Assembly: GCA_963722095.1 (NCBI GenBank)
Contig: CAVRJR010000002.1
Span: 129,141-193,140 of the forward strand
Direction: 5' to 3'
DNA from: Candidatus Bathyarchaeota archaeon
GTDB taxonomy: Archaea; Thermoproteota; Bathyarchaeia; Bathyarchaeales; Bathycorpusculaceae
Length of the DNA: 64,000 bases
The translations under genes were made by a program, and so were the position numbers. Shown here piece after piece: positions 9,257 to 20,755 of this stretch. The notes under the pieces are model-generated. The model saw only the letters and a program-made list of their open reading frames with translations, searched no databases and was not told where the DNA came from. The first letter of the stretch is position 1, and each line of letters opens with the position of its first letter.

Positions 9257-10624
9257 GTGATGTGCGAAGACAACAGCAAAGCTTTGGTTGAAGACTTTCT
9301 TAAAAGCTCCATGTCAACCGTAAAAGTCCTAGTCAAGAAACTCTCAACTTTCAAGCAGGAAACACACAGCAGGCAGGTAACACTGTTCCGTTACGTTAAC
9401 GGCACAAAAGTCAGCCAGCAGTTTACGGGCAACCAATTCTTCTTGAGGGGTTCCGTTGAATATACGAATCCCCATTTGACCGTTGAGGAAGTCCAAGGAA
9501 TAATCGGCACCCGACTGCTTGAGGCAACGGCAAATTACTTTGACAAAGTAGGGTTGCATGAACCAGACAGCGGCGATGTCACCCAGATTTGTGAGCTTGC
9601 GAAGAAGCCGCCTGAAGGTTACGTTGTTCCTTTCTTGCTGAACACTGACGATGTTGAGGCTGACCGTTACTCAATGAACCCGCTTAAGCAGTCCATCGTT
9701 GACAGCGGGCAAAGCGCGTTTCCAGCAGCCTACGTCAGAACGGACAGCTTGAAAATTGATGAAGCCTACGCGAAAAAGTATGATGGTTCTTTAATATCGA
9801 AAGGCGAAACGGAACTGATAACCAGCAGCCTCAAAGCATCAAACGGCTCTTACTTGGATTTTGTCGATTCAGTAAAGTACCAGCAGCTTGAGGGCTTATC
9901 AAAGTTTTTCGGCATGAATTTGCCGCTCTATTCGCTGCGGATGCCTCTTTCAACTTTAAAGTCAGAAGGCAAAGACGGCTTGCTGCATCACATTATCGGG
10001 GAAAGCCACCGTGACTACGAATCCGTCAACGAAGCATACTCTTGCATGGGTAGAAGCATGTCGAACCGCACGACCCTTCTCACGATACCGCATTCGAAGA
10101 AAGGCTACGGCTCCAAACGGGCAGCCCGAGGCAAAATACACTTCGAAAACAGCAAGCTCCTTGACGTGGCGGTGAAATATAAAACCACTAAACTTTACCC
10201 CAACGCAATGGATGAAGAAGACATTGCTGTTGCTCATTGTGACGACGGCTTCACCGTGACGGGAGAAAAACTTTCAGATTACAGCTTTGAGGAAACGCCT
10301 TCTTCCCCGCAGTTTTTCCTGTACTCGCTGGGTTCGCCTGAAAACGGTGCGGTTTGGCATGGGATTGGCGCCTTCGGTTCTTCAGGGTTATTGAACAGCT
10401 ACACTTCCGCGCATCATGCTTGCAGGGAAGGCAGATTAATCAAGAATTTGAACGAAAAATTCGGCGTTAGCGGGGAAGTGCCTTTGCAGTTTAACCTTGC
10501 CCCAGAAGGAATGTGGAGCCACCCGATTCACCGCAACATCGACGCAAGCATCGGAAGCATCGAAGACCTCCCAGACTTGGTGCGCCGCGGAATGAAGCTT
10601 GAGTACCTTTCAGCTTTCAAGTAG
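9257..10624 (+). CDS. uncharacterised 455-aa soluble protein
   Basis: long ORF starting 3 bp after the GNAT stop; no motif recognised. Confidence 0.8.
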   Translation: MMCEDNSKALVEDFLKSSMSTVKVLVKKLSTFKQETHSRQVTLFRYVNGTKVSQQFTGNQFFLRGSVEYTNPHLTVEEVQGIIGTRLLEATANYFDKVGLHEPDSGDVTQICELAKKPPEGYVVPFLLNTDDVEADRYSMNPLKQSIVDSGQSAFPAAYVRTDSLKIDEAYAKKYDGSLISKGETELITSSLKASNGSYLDFVDSVKYQQLEGLSKFFGMNLPLYSLRMPLSTLKSEGKDGLLHHIIGESHRDYESVNEAYSCMGRSMSNRTTLLTIPHSKKGYGSKRAARGKIHFENSKLLDVAVKYKTTKLYPNAMDEEDIAVAHCDDGFTVTGEKLSDYSFEETPSSPQFFLYSLGSPENGAVWHGIGAFGSSGLLNSYTSAHHACREGRLIKNLNEKFGVSGEVPLQFNLAPEGMWSHPIHRNIDASIGSIEDLPDLVRRGMKLEYLSAFK

Positions 10625-10629
10625 GAGCA

Positions 10630-11178
10630 GTGGATGCTTTGGCGGCGCTCGAATTTGCGGTTTTCAGAATTTTGCGTTTGCTTCGAAAACTCCCGTTTGA
10701 CCCACTCAGCCTTATGAATCAAACAGTAATCTTTGCTGAATTCTTCAAGGGGTTCGGGAAAAACGCAGCTGTTAGAGGTATTTTCGGCGAAAAAACCGAT
10801 GAAGTTCTCAGCCACCTTAAAGTTGAGATTAGCTGGATAATGGGGTACATGTACGTGGACGGCAGCGACGGGCACCTTGTCATTAGCAAAAACTACCTGA
10901 ACAACGGCGACAAAACCGACATTTACCTTGACCTAATCCATGAACTCTGCCACGTTAAGCAATACATGGACGGGAAAGAACTTTTTGACCCACGGTACGA
11001 ATACGTTGATAGACCCACAGAGATTGAGGCTTACCGTTACGCCGTTAAAGAAGCCAGACGCTTGGGGCTCAGCGAGGCGAGAATTTACAGCTATCTGCGG
11101 ACCGAGTGGATGAGCGACGCTGACTTTTCACGGTTAGCCAAATCGGTCGGCGTTCACATCCCCAACGCTTCGCGATAA
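10630..11178 (+). CDS. small zincin-like protein (HExxH)
   Basis: LIHELCHVKQ..EIEAY; start codon uncertain. Confidence 0.7.
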   Translation: MDALAALEFAVFRILRLLRKLPFDPLSLMNQTVIFAEFFKGFGKNAAVRGIFGEKTDEVLSHLKVEISWIMGYMYVDGSDGHLVISKNYLNNGDKTDIYLDLIHELCHVKQYMDGKELFDPRYEYVDRPTEIEAYRYAVKEARRLGLSEARIYSYLRTEWMSDADFSRLAKSVGVHIPNASR

Positions 11179-12344
11179 ACCCGCAGCATTTTCTGGGCGC
11201 AAAGGTCCCATGTGAAGTTCTCGGCTACAAACTTTCTTGCGTCTGCACCCATTCTTTCACGCAGACCCTTATCGGACAGAAGCCTCGAAACAGCATCCGC
11301 CAATTCATCCGTGTTGCCACGTTCAACCAGCAAACCCGTTTCTCCATCGCGCAGGGCTTCGTTGACTCCGCCAATGTTGAAGGCGACAACGGGTTTAGAT
11401 GACGCCTGAGCTTCAAGCAAAACTATTCCTTGCCCTTCCTGGATAGACGGCAGAACAAAAACGTCAGCACAGTTGTAGGCCGCGGCAAGCATATCTTCTT
11501 TTAGGTTGTCTAGGAACTTGAAGTTCCCCGAAAGGTTAGCCGTCCCAATAGCGCTTTGCAACTGGCTCTTCGATGGTCCTTCCCCGACAATCAGAAACTT
11601 GGTTTCCCTATGTTCCTTGACGATTTTCCCAGCGGCTTTAACGAGGAAAGGCAACCCCTTCCGCGGAATCAAACTGCCAACGAAAAGCACACATGGCTCA
11701 TCGCCTAACCCAAACTGCTTTTTAGCCGCCGTCGTATCCTCAGTAGGCTTGAATTTTTCTGTGTCAACGCCGTTTGGAACAATCCGAACCTTCGATGCAT
11801 CGACATCGTAAAATTCCTTTATTTTCCCGAGCGAATAGTTGCTTATCGTCACTATGAGGGTGGCGTTTTTAGCCGTTTCCTCTTCCAGCGCTGCGAGACG
11901 ATGCATGAAATAGTTAGCTGCCCGCCCTCTCAACGATTGGGAACCGTTCTTGCGTGCCTTCTCGTACTCGTCGGCGAGTACCCCGTGAACCGTGTGGACA
12001 AAGGGTTTCTTGATTCCCTGCTTTTTCAGGGTTCTTAAAAGTCCGTACCCGCTTACTGCATGTGCCTCGAAGATATCAGCATCTTGACCATGGATTTTTT
12101 TGGATAGGCTTCGGTTAAAGAACCAATTGTCCAGTGGGAAAAGCCGGTCAGTCGAATAGCATGGAACAAAATTTACTCCGTTTATGCTGGCGGGTTCTCT
12201 GAAGCCTGCCTTGGTGCCGCTGTAAACGGTGATGTCCGCTTCGTTTGTCAGCCGTTTGGTGGTTTCGATTATGCGCCTCTCTACCCCTCCGAAATAGAGT
12301 TGGGGTGGCTGAGTGTTTAAGACTGCTAACCGAAACCTATCCAT
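11154..12344 (-). CDS. glycosyltransferase family 4 (GT-B)
   Basis: GGVE, HTVHG, VPNGVD, FVGSLIPRKG, EGQGIVLLEA. Confidence 0.92.
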   Translation of the reverse strand: MDRFRLAVLNTQPPQLYFGGVERRIIETTKRLTNEADITVYSGTKAGFREPASINGVNFVPCYSTDRLFPLDNWFFNRSLSKKIHGQDADIFEAHAVSGYGLLRTLKKQGIKKPFVHTVHGVLADEYEKARKNGSQSLRGRAANYFMHRLAALEEETAKNATLIVTISNYSLGKIKEFYDVDASKVRIVPNGVDTEKFKPTEDTTAAKKQFGLGDEPCVLFVGSLIPRKGLPFLVKAAGKIVKEHRETKFLIVGEGPSKSQLQSAIGTANLSGNFKFLDNLKEDMLAAAYNCADVFVLPSIQEGQGIVLLEAQASSKPVVAFNIGGVNEALRDGETGLLVERGNTDELADAVSRLLSDKGLRERMGADARKFVAENFTWDLCAQKMLRVYREALGM

Positions 12345-12463
12345 TCAAAGCACGACCGAACAGTTAATTGATGATTAGCTATTGTTAACTTCCTTTTAGA
12401 TATAAGCTAAATCGTTTTCGCCAGATGCCCAATGGTAAAAGTAATTAACTATGCGTATAATAC

Positions 12464-13039
12464 GTGATTAGAAAGGTAAAGAGGGAAACCCGCACGCGAA
12501 AAATATTCAAAATCGTACTTTTAATTTTCTTAGCATTAATCATCTTTGCTGCGGCTGGCTTAAGCGTCATTTTTCTCGATGCAGCGTCCTACACCGCCAC
12601 ACGGTCTCAAACGCTGAACCCCTCGGGCTCCAGCCTGGGCAAAGCTATGGTTGTCTATGACCCAGGCTTAACTGGGTTCGCAAAGAACGTCGCGACGAAG
12701 ATGGCTGGCGACCTGCAAAACGAGGGATACACGGTTACGCTGGCAGGCATCAGAAGTTCCGCGGCTGGAGATGCTGATGAATATAAGGTCTTAATTGTTG
12801 GCGGACCAGTGTACGGTGGAAACGCAGCCGCTTCAGTAAAGTCATACGTAGCCAACTTAATGCCAGCTTCGGGCGCGGTCATAGGTGTCTTCGGAGTTGG
12901 CAGCTATAGCTATCCCAATCAAAAGGTCGCTCCACTTCCAAGCGGCAGCACCCTGATGATTAAGGAAACACTAAAAATAGACACGAACGAGAACGTCGCC
13001 TCAAGAAGCAGCTACTTCGTAACGCAACTACTAATGTAG
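12464..13039 (+). CDS. membrane-anchored flavodoxin-fold protein
   Basis: N-terminal TM helix; VVYDPGLTGFAKNVA, LIVGGPVYGG. Confidence 0.7.
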   Translation: MIRKVKRETRTRKIFKIVLLIFLALIIFAAAGLSVIFLDAASYTATRSQTLNPSGSSLGKAMVVYDPGLTGFAKNVATKMAGDLQNEGYTVTLAGIRSSAAGDADEYKVLIVGGPVYGGNAAASVKSYVANLMPASGAVIGVFGVGSYSYPNQKVAPLPSGSTLMIKETLKIDTNENVASRSSYFVTQLLM

Positions 13040-13147
13040 CAACCCAGCGAATTAGACAACGAACACGGTGCTTTATGCACGTTTTTTTGCTCCACCATTT
13101 TTTAATACTTTTATAGTCTTTTGTCGTATTCTGCGGTGTGACACGAA

Positions 13148-16100
13148 ATGGCTTCCACGGATGAAACCGACCAAAACCAAGCTTTACCAACAAACTACGC
13201 TCCGCTCCAGTTAGAGAAAGAAATACGCGAGTTCTGGGTTAAAAACCAAATCCGCGAGAAACTTGAGCTTATCGAGCAGAACGCTAAGGGCTTTTTGGGG
13301 TACGTGGAAGGCCCGCCGACGCTGAACGGTATCCCGCATATTGGGCACGCCCGCGGACGGGTGATGAAGGATGTTCGTTACCGATGGAAAACCATGGAAG
13401 GCTACTACATGCCGTTTTGGGCTGGATGGGACTGCCAAGGTTTGCCAGTGGAGTTGGAGGTTGAGAAGCTTCTCGGCGTTCGGAACAAGCGGGAATCCAT
13501 AGAGAAATACGGGATGGAACGGTTCATTGAGGAATGCAAGAAAGCCATTATGCGTTACCATGCCATGTGGTTGCAAGCCGACGGGAACCTAGGCGTGTTC
13601 ATCAACCAGGAGAAAGCTTACTGGACCTACAAGGACAGCTACATCGAGCGGGAATGGCAAATCCTCAAGCGCGCGTGGGACCAAGGGCTGCTTGAAGAAG
13701 GACATTACGTTGTCGCTTACTGCCCTGGCTGCCAAACTAGCCTCAGCAGCGCCGAAGTTGGCTACGAAGGCAGCTACAAAGAAGTGGAAGACCCCTCGCT
13801 GTACTTCAAGTTCAAGGTTGCAGGCAGCAAAAACGAGTTTTTCCTCGTTTGGACAACCATGCCGTTCACCATAATAACTGACACTATACTTGCAGTCAAG
13901 CCAGATGTCGAATACGTGAAAGTGCAGGTTGGCGAGGAAATCTGGATACTGATGAAGCAGCGCCTTGAACCCGTCATGCAAGAACTTGAAATCAGCAAAT
14001 ACCAGATTATCGATTCTATGATGGGGCAAAGCTTGGAAGGAACAGCCTACGATTACCCGCTTAAAGGACATGATTCCCAAACAATCAGAAAACGAAACCA
14101 AGCATCCCCTCGTTCACCATGTCATCGGGGAAGATTTCGTCGACGTAAACACCGCTACAGGCGTCGTTCATCTTTCACCCGGGAACGGCGAGGACGATTT
14201 TTGGGCAGCCCAACGCCGGGGCGTACCAATCTATGCACCGTTCGATGATGAAGTCAAGTTTACCAAGGACGCTGGAATATTCGTTGGCGTTTTTGCAAGA
14301 GAAGCAGACATGCTTGTTGTTGAGGAACTACGAAAACGCAACGCCTTCGTCAAAGTCACCATGACGAAGCACGAGTACCCAACCTGCTGGCGCAGCCATC
14401 ACAAGCTGGTTTGGCTTGCAAGAAAAGAATACTTCCTGCGCACAGACAAGATAAACGGCAAAGTGCTGGAGGCAGCAGAAAAAGTACAGTACTTCTTCGA
14501 CGAACCCAAAAACCGTTTCCTCGGCTTCCTAAAAGAGGGAAAACCATGGTGCATCAGCCGCGAACGCATCTGGGGAACCCCTCTGCCAATCTGGACCTGC
14601 CTAAAATGCGGAGAAAAACGCATAGTCGCAAGCAAAAAAGAGCTACTTGACAACGCGCAGGAAGCAGTCCCAGACAACTTTGAGCTACATAAACCATGGG
14701 TGGACCGCGTCACGTTTAAATGCGATAAATGCGGCGGAACCATGAAGCGGGAAGACTTCGTTTTGGACACATGGCATAACAGCGGAGCTTCACCGTACGC
14801 ACGCTTCTCAGACGCGGAAGCTGCAAAGTTCGTTCCCACCGATTTTCTAACTGAAGGCATCGACCAAACCCGAGGCTGGGCAAACAGCCTACTGCTCGAA
14901 CACGTCATCTTAACAGGCAAAGCTGAGGCGCCGTACAAGTCATTCCTGTTTCAAGGCTTAACGCAGGACGCGAAAGGCAGAAAAATGAGCAAAAGCCTAG
15001 GCAACGTGGTTGAAACCAACAAGCTTCTGGAGAAAAACTCGGCGGATTTGTGTCGCTTCTACATGATGCGGAAGTGCTCCTCTATTGACTCCATGAATTT
15101 TGACATGCAGGAACTCACCCGCCGCCCCTACCAAGTGCTCTCAACACTGTACCATCTAAGCAGGTTCTTCTTGCAAAACGCAACCTTCGACGAATTCACC
15201 CCCGGCAAATACACGCTGGAATGGGCTTGCAAAGCGAACAAGCTTTCTGCCGCTGACCAGTGGCTCCTCTCTAAGCTGCAGGAGAAAATCGAGGATTACA
15301 CCGCAAAGCTTGAGCGATGCGAATTCAACGCCGCCGTCGCCGTCCTGGACGACTTCGTGATTGAAACCCTAAGCAGGCTCTATGTACCCATGATTCGCAA
15401 GGAGCTTTGGACTGATGAGCCTGAAACGTTTGAGCGCCGCCAAACAATCTACGCATTGCTCTACCATACGCTGAAGACGGTGACGTTGCTGTTCAACCCC
15501 GTCACACCCTACCTAAGCGAGGCGCTTTACCAGAAAATCTACAAGCAACTCGAACCAACCCTACCTGAATCCGTCAACATGGCACCGTGGCCGACCCCGA
15601 ACCAGAAACTCCGAGATAAAACCCTTGAAGAACAATTCGATACACTTCTGAAGGCGGTTTCAATAGGTTACGCGGCGAGGCAACAGGGCAAGCTGAAACG
15701 CCGATGGCCCCTAAGTAAAGCAATCGTGGTTGCCCCAGAAAAAACGTTGGACGCGCTGAACCATCTGGAAGGGTTGTTCTTGGAGCTTTCAAACGTGAAA
15801 TCCGCCGACTACGCCACGAAGGTTCCCGAGTATGTTGGAGGCGAAAACTGGGTTTCATCGCAGGAAGACGAAGTCACCGTGTTCGTAAGCGGGCAACGGG
15901 ACGAAAAGCTGCTCGGCGAAGGTATAATGCGCGACTTGGCACGTCGCGTCCAAGCGTTACGCAAAGAGATGGGTTTTGTGCCGACTGAAGTTTTGGAGTC
16001 CGTCCACATCGCCGAGTTAGACGAGGAAAGCATGGACTTGCTCGAACCCTACCTTGAGGAAATGGCTGGGCTGGTGCGGGCGAGAAAAGTGTATTTGCAT

Positions 16101-16181
16101 AGCAGCCGCAAGGACGAAGTTGGCGCGGAATGGCATGAATCAGAGTTAGACGGCAAAAAGATATACCTGAACATACACTAG
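13148..16181 (+). CDS. ileS: isoleucine--tRNA ligase, split by a +1 frameshift at ~14063-14065
   Basis: EGPPTLNGIPHIGH, GWDCQGLPVE and WTTMPFT in ORF1; TGVVH, WCISRER, EGIDQTRGW and KMSKS in ORF2; removing one A from CTTAAAGGAC joins the frames. Confidence 0.95.
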
Positions 16182-16275
16182 CCCTGGCTCACCGTTATAC
16201 CAAATCGCCAAAGCTCTGAAGTAAGAATTTCTGAATTAACTCCCTGCAGAGCAAGGTTTTTAGCGCAGTTAGCGG

Positions 16276-19200
16276 TTGCTTTTTGCTTTAAGGGAGATAA
16301 GTATCGTGCATACCAAAAAAATTGTGTTAGTTGTAACTCTAATCTGCGTTTTATCAGGTTTATGCTTATTCGCGTCATTTAGCCATGTTCTTGCTACCCA
16401 GAGCCCTGGGTCGTCAGATTGGCCGATGTTCCATTATGACCTCAATCACGATGGCTACACATTGGATTCAACTGGACCGATGACAAATAACACGCTTTGG
16501 ACTCACCCACTCAACGGTTTCGTAACCTCGGCTCCCACAGTCGTTAACGGCGTAGCTTACATAGGTTTAGGTGACGGCTTATATGCCTTTAACGCTTACA
16601 CTGGAAGTCAAATCTGGCGTTATCAAGATCCTCAACTACTGTATTCTCCATATAATGGTGGTACATATTATACCGATTACCCAGCCTTCTATCAATGCTG
16701 TGTCGCCAACGGCGTAATATACACAGGCTCATACGACGGCAGCCTGTACGCCATAGATGCCTCTACCGGCACCAAACTTTGGAGTTTTCCGACCAGCGGC
16801 GGTGCGGGTTATGAGAGCCCATATGCTGGTGACGTAGGTGAGGCTCCGTGCGTTGTCGGCAACGTAGTTTATTTCGCAGCAGGAAATGGTTACGCTTATG
16901 CATTGAATACTGCAACTCACGCACAAATATGGAGCGTTGAGGTCCCTGGCTCCTACGTATCAGGCGGTATCGTCACTGTTACTGCGCCTTCTTCGCCTAC
17001 GGTAGTTGGCGGCGTCCTCTACATCGGCTCAGCCGGCGGCGCCTTGGACGCTTTTGACGCCTCAAGCGGGGCCCTGCTCTGGAGCTACCAGACTAGCGGT
17101 GCAAACGGTGTCTCATCAACTCCCGCCGTCGTCGGCGGAGTCGTATACTTTGGCTCTTCTGACAGTAATGTGTATGCTTTAGCGGCTGGAACAACTTCCT
17201 CAACCAGCACATCTTTATTATGGAGTTACCCGACGGGCGGTGCGGTGCGGTCTTCTCCCGCCGTCGCTAACGGCGTAGTGTACATCGGAAGCGTAGACGG
17301 CAAAGTCTATGCCTTGAACGCTGCGTCGGGCGCTAAACTTTGGAGTTACCAGACGCCCATGAATCCGGGTAATCCAGGTGTCGGCAACTGGGTTGATTCC
17401 TCCCCTGCCGTGGCTAACGGTGTAGTCTACGTTGGTTCAGAAAACTATGACGTCTACGCTTTGAATGCTGCGTCAGGTGCACTAATTTGGAGTTACCAAA
17501 CCCCATATGTTGAGCCTTCTTGTCCCGCTATCGCTAGTGGCGTACTGTACATCGGCGGCTATGGCGTGTTCGCCTTTGACGGCGTTTCCGCGTCTATTTC
17601 GCCCACTTCCCAAGTTATGGATGTTGGGCAATCTCAAGCCTTCACGCTTTCTGCCTCAGGAGGCTCGGGTTCCCTGAGTTATGAATGGTGCCTTAACGGA
17701 GTCGCCACTGGACAAACAGGGTCAACCTACACCTTCAGCCCTGCCGCTTCAAACATAGGAACAAACACCATTTACGCGAACGTTACCGACAACCTAGGAG
17801 TAACCGGGGAGTCCAATACTGCGACCATAACGGTGAACGCCGCTCCAAGCGCCACGGTGGCTCCAACTTCAAGCGCCGTAGATTGGCATGACGGTCATTG
17901 GCTAACCTACACGGTTACCCCCTCTGGTGGCACAGGCAAATTGAGCTATCAATGGTACGTCGATAACGCCCAAGTAGGCGCGACGGGTACAACGTACCAA
18001 TTTCTTGCTTCCTACAGCAGTGTTGGGTCACACAGCGTTTACTGCACAGTTACAGACAGCGCCACAACCCCCGTCACAGCCAACTCGAACACCGCTGACT
18101 TCACAGTGAACCCACAGCTAGGCGTAACGGTTTCACCCAGCGCCGCAACCACGCCCACGTCTGTATCCGTTGACCCAGGTCAATCCGCCACGTTCACTGC
18201 CACGCCCACAGGCGGGTCAGGCACCTACACTTACCAATGGTACGTGAATTATGCGGCGCAGGGCTCAGTGACATCCTCCTCCACCCTCAGCTACAGCACA
18301 ACTACACCTGGACAATACTACATCGGAGTCGAAGTGTTCGACGGCGTAAGCCAAAACACCTTCTCCAGCTCATCAGCGAACCTCAACGTAAACTCACCGC
18401 CGCTAGCAACCATTTCCCCAGACACCCCCACCATGGACGTTGGGCAACAACAGCTTTTCTACGTTGCTACGGTACAAGGCGGCGAAGGGTCATACACTTA
18501 CGAATGGTACCTAAACGGGGTTGACACGCAGCAGTCAGGGACATATTTCTATTACACCGCGCAAGCTTCAGACGTCACAAATCCACCAACCATCACCGTG
18601 GTGCCCACCGACAGCTACGGCTTAGCTGGGCAATCAAACTACGTAACCCCCACGGTGAATCCAGCCCTCACCGCAACAGTCACCCCCAGCTCGTGGACCA
18701 TGAACGTTGGGCAACTGCAGACATTTCTGGTTTCCACTTCAGGCGGCACAGGAACAGCAACCTACGAATGGTACGTTAACGGCGTTGACAGCGGAATGTC
18801 AGGGACAACTTTCGACTACACCGCCCAATCCTCCGATGTTAACAGTCCGCCCAGCATCTACGCTGTCGCAACAGACACCGTCAATGGGCAAGCAACCTCC
18901 AACACAGTAACCATCACAGTTAACCCAGCGGAAAACGCAGGTTCAACCGCCGGCGCCTCAGCCCCCGTAACCAGCGGCTCAGTAACAGTTGACCAATCGA
19001 CGTCAACAGGCGTCGCCGCAACCGTCACTGGAACCTCCCTGCAAAACGGCGAAACATTGGATGTTAACTCCGCCTACTATGGCGGCAACCAGCCGTCGGG
19101 AACGGGCGCGGTGTCTGTGGGCGGCGCAGTTTTCTTCGACGTCGCTGTTTCGCAGGCGGGCGGTGCACCTTTAGGTTCTGACGTGATGGTTCAGGTGAGT

Positions 19201-20163
19201 TTCACTGACCCCAGCATCACAAGCTCAAGCGTCATACAGTACTGGGACAGCAGCAGCTGGGTACAGGTAACCACAACCTTCACCGCACCCGACACCGTCT
19301 CAGGCTCCATCCCCGCAGACGACTTGACAGGCACTTCCATAGCAGTCGGATCCTCCTCCGCCGCAGGTCCCAGCGTCAGTGTTTCTCCAGGCACCTGGAA
19401 TATGGATGTTGGGCAGAAGGAAACGTTTACAGCAACCGCGACCGGGGGCACGTCACCTTACAGTTACGAATGGTACCTTAACGGCCAAGACACTGGAAAA
19501 TCAGGCTCAACTTACACCTACACTGCACAGGCTTCAGACGTGAGCACCCCGCCGAGCATCTATGCCGTAGTAACCGACAGCCTCGATAACACCGCTCAGT
19601 CCAACACTGCAGACATAACGGTTTACTCAACTTTGACGGCTCCAACGGTGACGCCGTCTGCAGGCTCGGTGACGCAGGGAAACACCAGCACCCTATCTGC
19701 CACCGCGGTGACTACGGGCAGCCAATCATACACTTATCAGTGGTACGAGGAGGCTCCGGGCGCTTCCGTCTACTCGCTCAGAACCGGCGCTGCCTTGTCA
19801 AGCTACAACTTTGCAACCACCTCGTCTACCGCCGTGGGCACCTGGAACTTTATTCTCCAAGTAACAGACAGCAACGGCGCCGCCGTGAATTCTACTGCCA
19901 CAACGGTAACAGTTAACGCTCCTACCTCAACCCCAACTCCGACGCCAACCCCCACGGGCACGACTACGCCAACGTCCACTCCGACACCAACACCCTCACC
20001 TACACAGAAGCCTACTGCATCACCCTCGCCATCACCAACACCAACCCCTACCATCCCAGAGTTTCCATCAATCATCATTGCTGCACTCGTATTCTTAGCG
20101 GCGACTGCAACAACAATACTTTACAAAAAAAGACATGAAAACACCAACCCAGTTGCACGTTAA
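16276..20163 (+). CDS. secreted surface protein: PQQ-like beta-propeller, Ig-like repeats, Pro/Thr linker and PEF-CTERM anchor
   Basis: signal peptide; DWPMFHYD; repeated SSPAVANGVVYxGS blades; YxYxWYxNG Ig repeats; C-terminal IPEFP, TM helix and KKR. Confidence 0.88.
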   Translation: MLFALREISIVHTKKIVLVVTLICVLSGLCLFASFSHVLATQSPGSSDWPMFHYDLNHDGYTLDSTGPMTNNTLWTHPLNGFVTSAPTVVNGVAYIGLGDGLYAFNAYTGSQIWRYQDPQLLYSPYNGGTYYTDYPAFYQCCVANGVIYTGSYDGSLYAIDASTGTKLWSFPTSGGAGYESPYAGDVGEAPCVVGNVVYFAAGNGYAYALNTATHAQIWSVEVPGSYVSGGIVTVTAPSSPTVVGGVLYIGSAGGALDAFDASSGALLWSYQTSGANGVSSTPAVVGGVVYFGSSDSNVYALAAGTTSSTSTSLLWSYPTGGAVRSSPAVANGVVYIGSVDGKVYALNAASGAKLWSYQTPMNPGNPGVGNWVDSSPAVANGVVYVGSENYDVYALNAASGALIWSYQTPYVEPSCPAIASGVLYIGGYGVFAFDGVSASISPTSQVMDVGQSQAFTLSASGGSGSLSYEWCLNGVATGQTGSTYTFSPAASNIGTNTIYANVTDNLGVTGESNTATITVNAAPSATVAPTSSAVDWHDGHWLTYTVTPSGGTGKLSYQWYVDNAQVGATGTTYQFLASYSSVGSHSVYCTVTDSATTPVTANSNTADFTVNPQLGVTVSPSAATTPTSVSVDPGQSATFTATPTGGSGTYTYQWYVNYAAQGSVTSSSTLSYSTTTPGQYYIGVEVFDGVSQNTFSSSSANLNVNSPPLATISPDTPTMDVGQQQLFYVATVQGGEGSYTYEWYLNGVDTQQSGTYFYYTAQASDVTNPPTITVVPTDSYGLAGQSNYVTPTVNPALTATVTPSSWTMNVGQLQTFLVSTSGGTGTATYEWYVNGVDSGMSGTTFDYTAQSSDVNSPPSIYAVATDTVNGQATSNTVTITVNPAENAGSTAGASAPVTSGSVTVDQSTSTGVAATVTGTSLQNGETLDVNSAYYGGNQPSGTGAVSVGGAVFFDVAVSQAGGAPLGSDVMVQVSFTDPSITSSSVIQYWDSSSWVQVTTTFTAPDTVSGSIPADDLTGTSIAVGSSSAAGPSVSVSPGTWNMDVGQKETFTATATGGTSPYSYEWYLNGQDTGKSGSTYTYTAQASDVSTPPSIYAVVTDSLDNTAQSNTADITVYSTLTAPTVTPSAGSVTQGNTSTLSATAVTTGSQSYTYQWYEEAPGASVYSLRTGAALSSYNFATTSSTAVGTWNFILQVTDSNGAAVNSTATTVTVNAPTSTPTPTPTPTGTTTPTSTPTPTPSPTQKPTASPSPSPTPTPTIPEFPSIIIAALVFLAATATTILYKKRHENTNPVAR

Positions 20164-20656
20164 GCTGAAGCAATAAACGAAAGCATTCGGCGCAAGAAAG
20201 AATGACAAAACGCTTAGCAGAACCTCTATGCCTAACCTACGCTAAAGAGGCAACACTTGAGGGGAGAAGAACACAACGGAAGAGGGAAACAATAACCGTT
20301 TCTGCAAGTGCCCACATTGCGCTTGCATATTTTTAACTGATGCTGACTCTAAAAACGCCTAAATCGCTTCGGCGACCGCAAAGAGGAACACGAGTTTTCT
20401 TTCCGCAAAACACACGGCAGGCTCGAACACGGCTACGGAGAAGAATAGTCAAACCCTCCTCGTCTGTATTGACGAATTGTATTGACTTTCCGTATATGCT
20501 TTGCCTACCTATCGGGTACCCTTGCACAAAAACACAAAACACTCAGGACAAAAAGGACTTGAACAGCCCGCCTTTCACGACAAATAAGTTAGCAGCATTT
20601 CTTAACCGAAAGCTCTAAATGGGCTTCAGCGCTATTTTTCCCGAAAGCGCCAGTTT

Positions 20657-20731
20657 GGGCCGGTAGATCAGCCTGGTATGATCGCCGCGTTCGCAACGCG
20701 GAAGCCGCGGGTTCAAATCCCGCCCGGTCCA
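20657..20731 (+). tRNA. tRNA-Ala (CGC)
   Basis: GGGCCGG/CCGGTCC acceptor stem with G3:U70; anticodon arm CCGCG-TTCGCAA-CGCGG; TTCAAAT T-loop. Confidence 0.95.
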
Positions 20732-20755
20732 CTTCGAATAATTCATCGTAAGTTT

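Noticed and set aside
14055-14075. Programmed frameshift or genuinely split ileS
   Set aside because: A single extra A in a short A-run of an essential gene, with a similar +1 indel at ~4468, is best explained by sequencing or assembly error. No slippery heptamer is evident. Read mapping would settle it.
20333-20618. ORFs of 69-92 aa upstream of tRNA-Ala
   Set aside because: No recognisable motif or RBS and atypical composition; probably non-coding.
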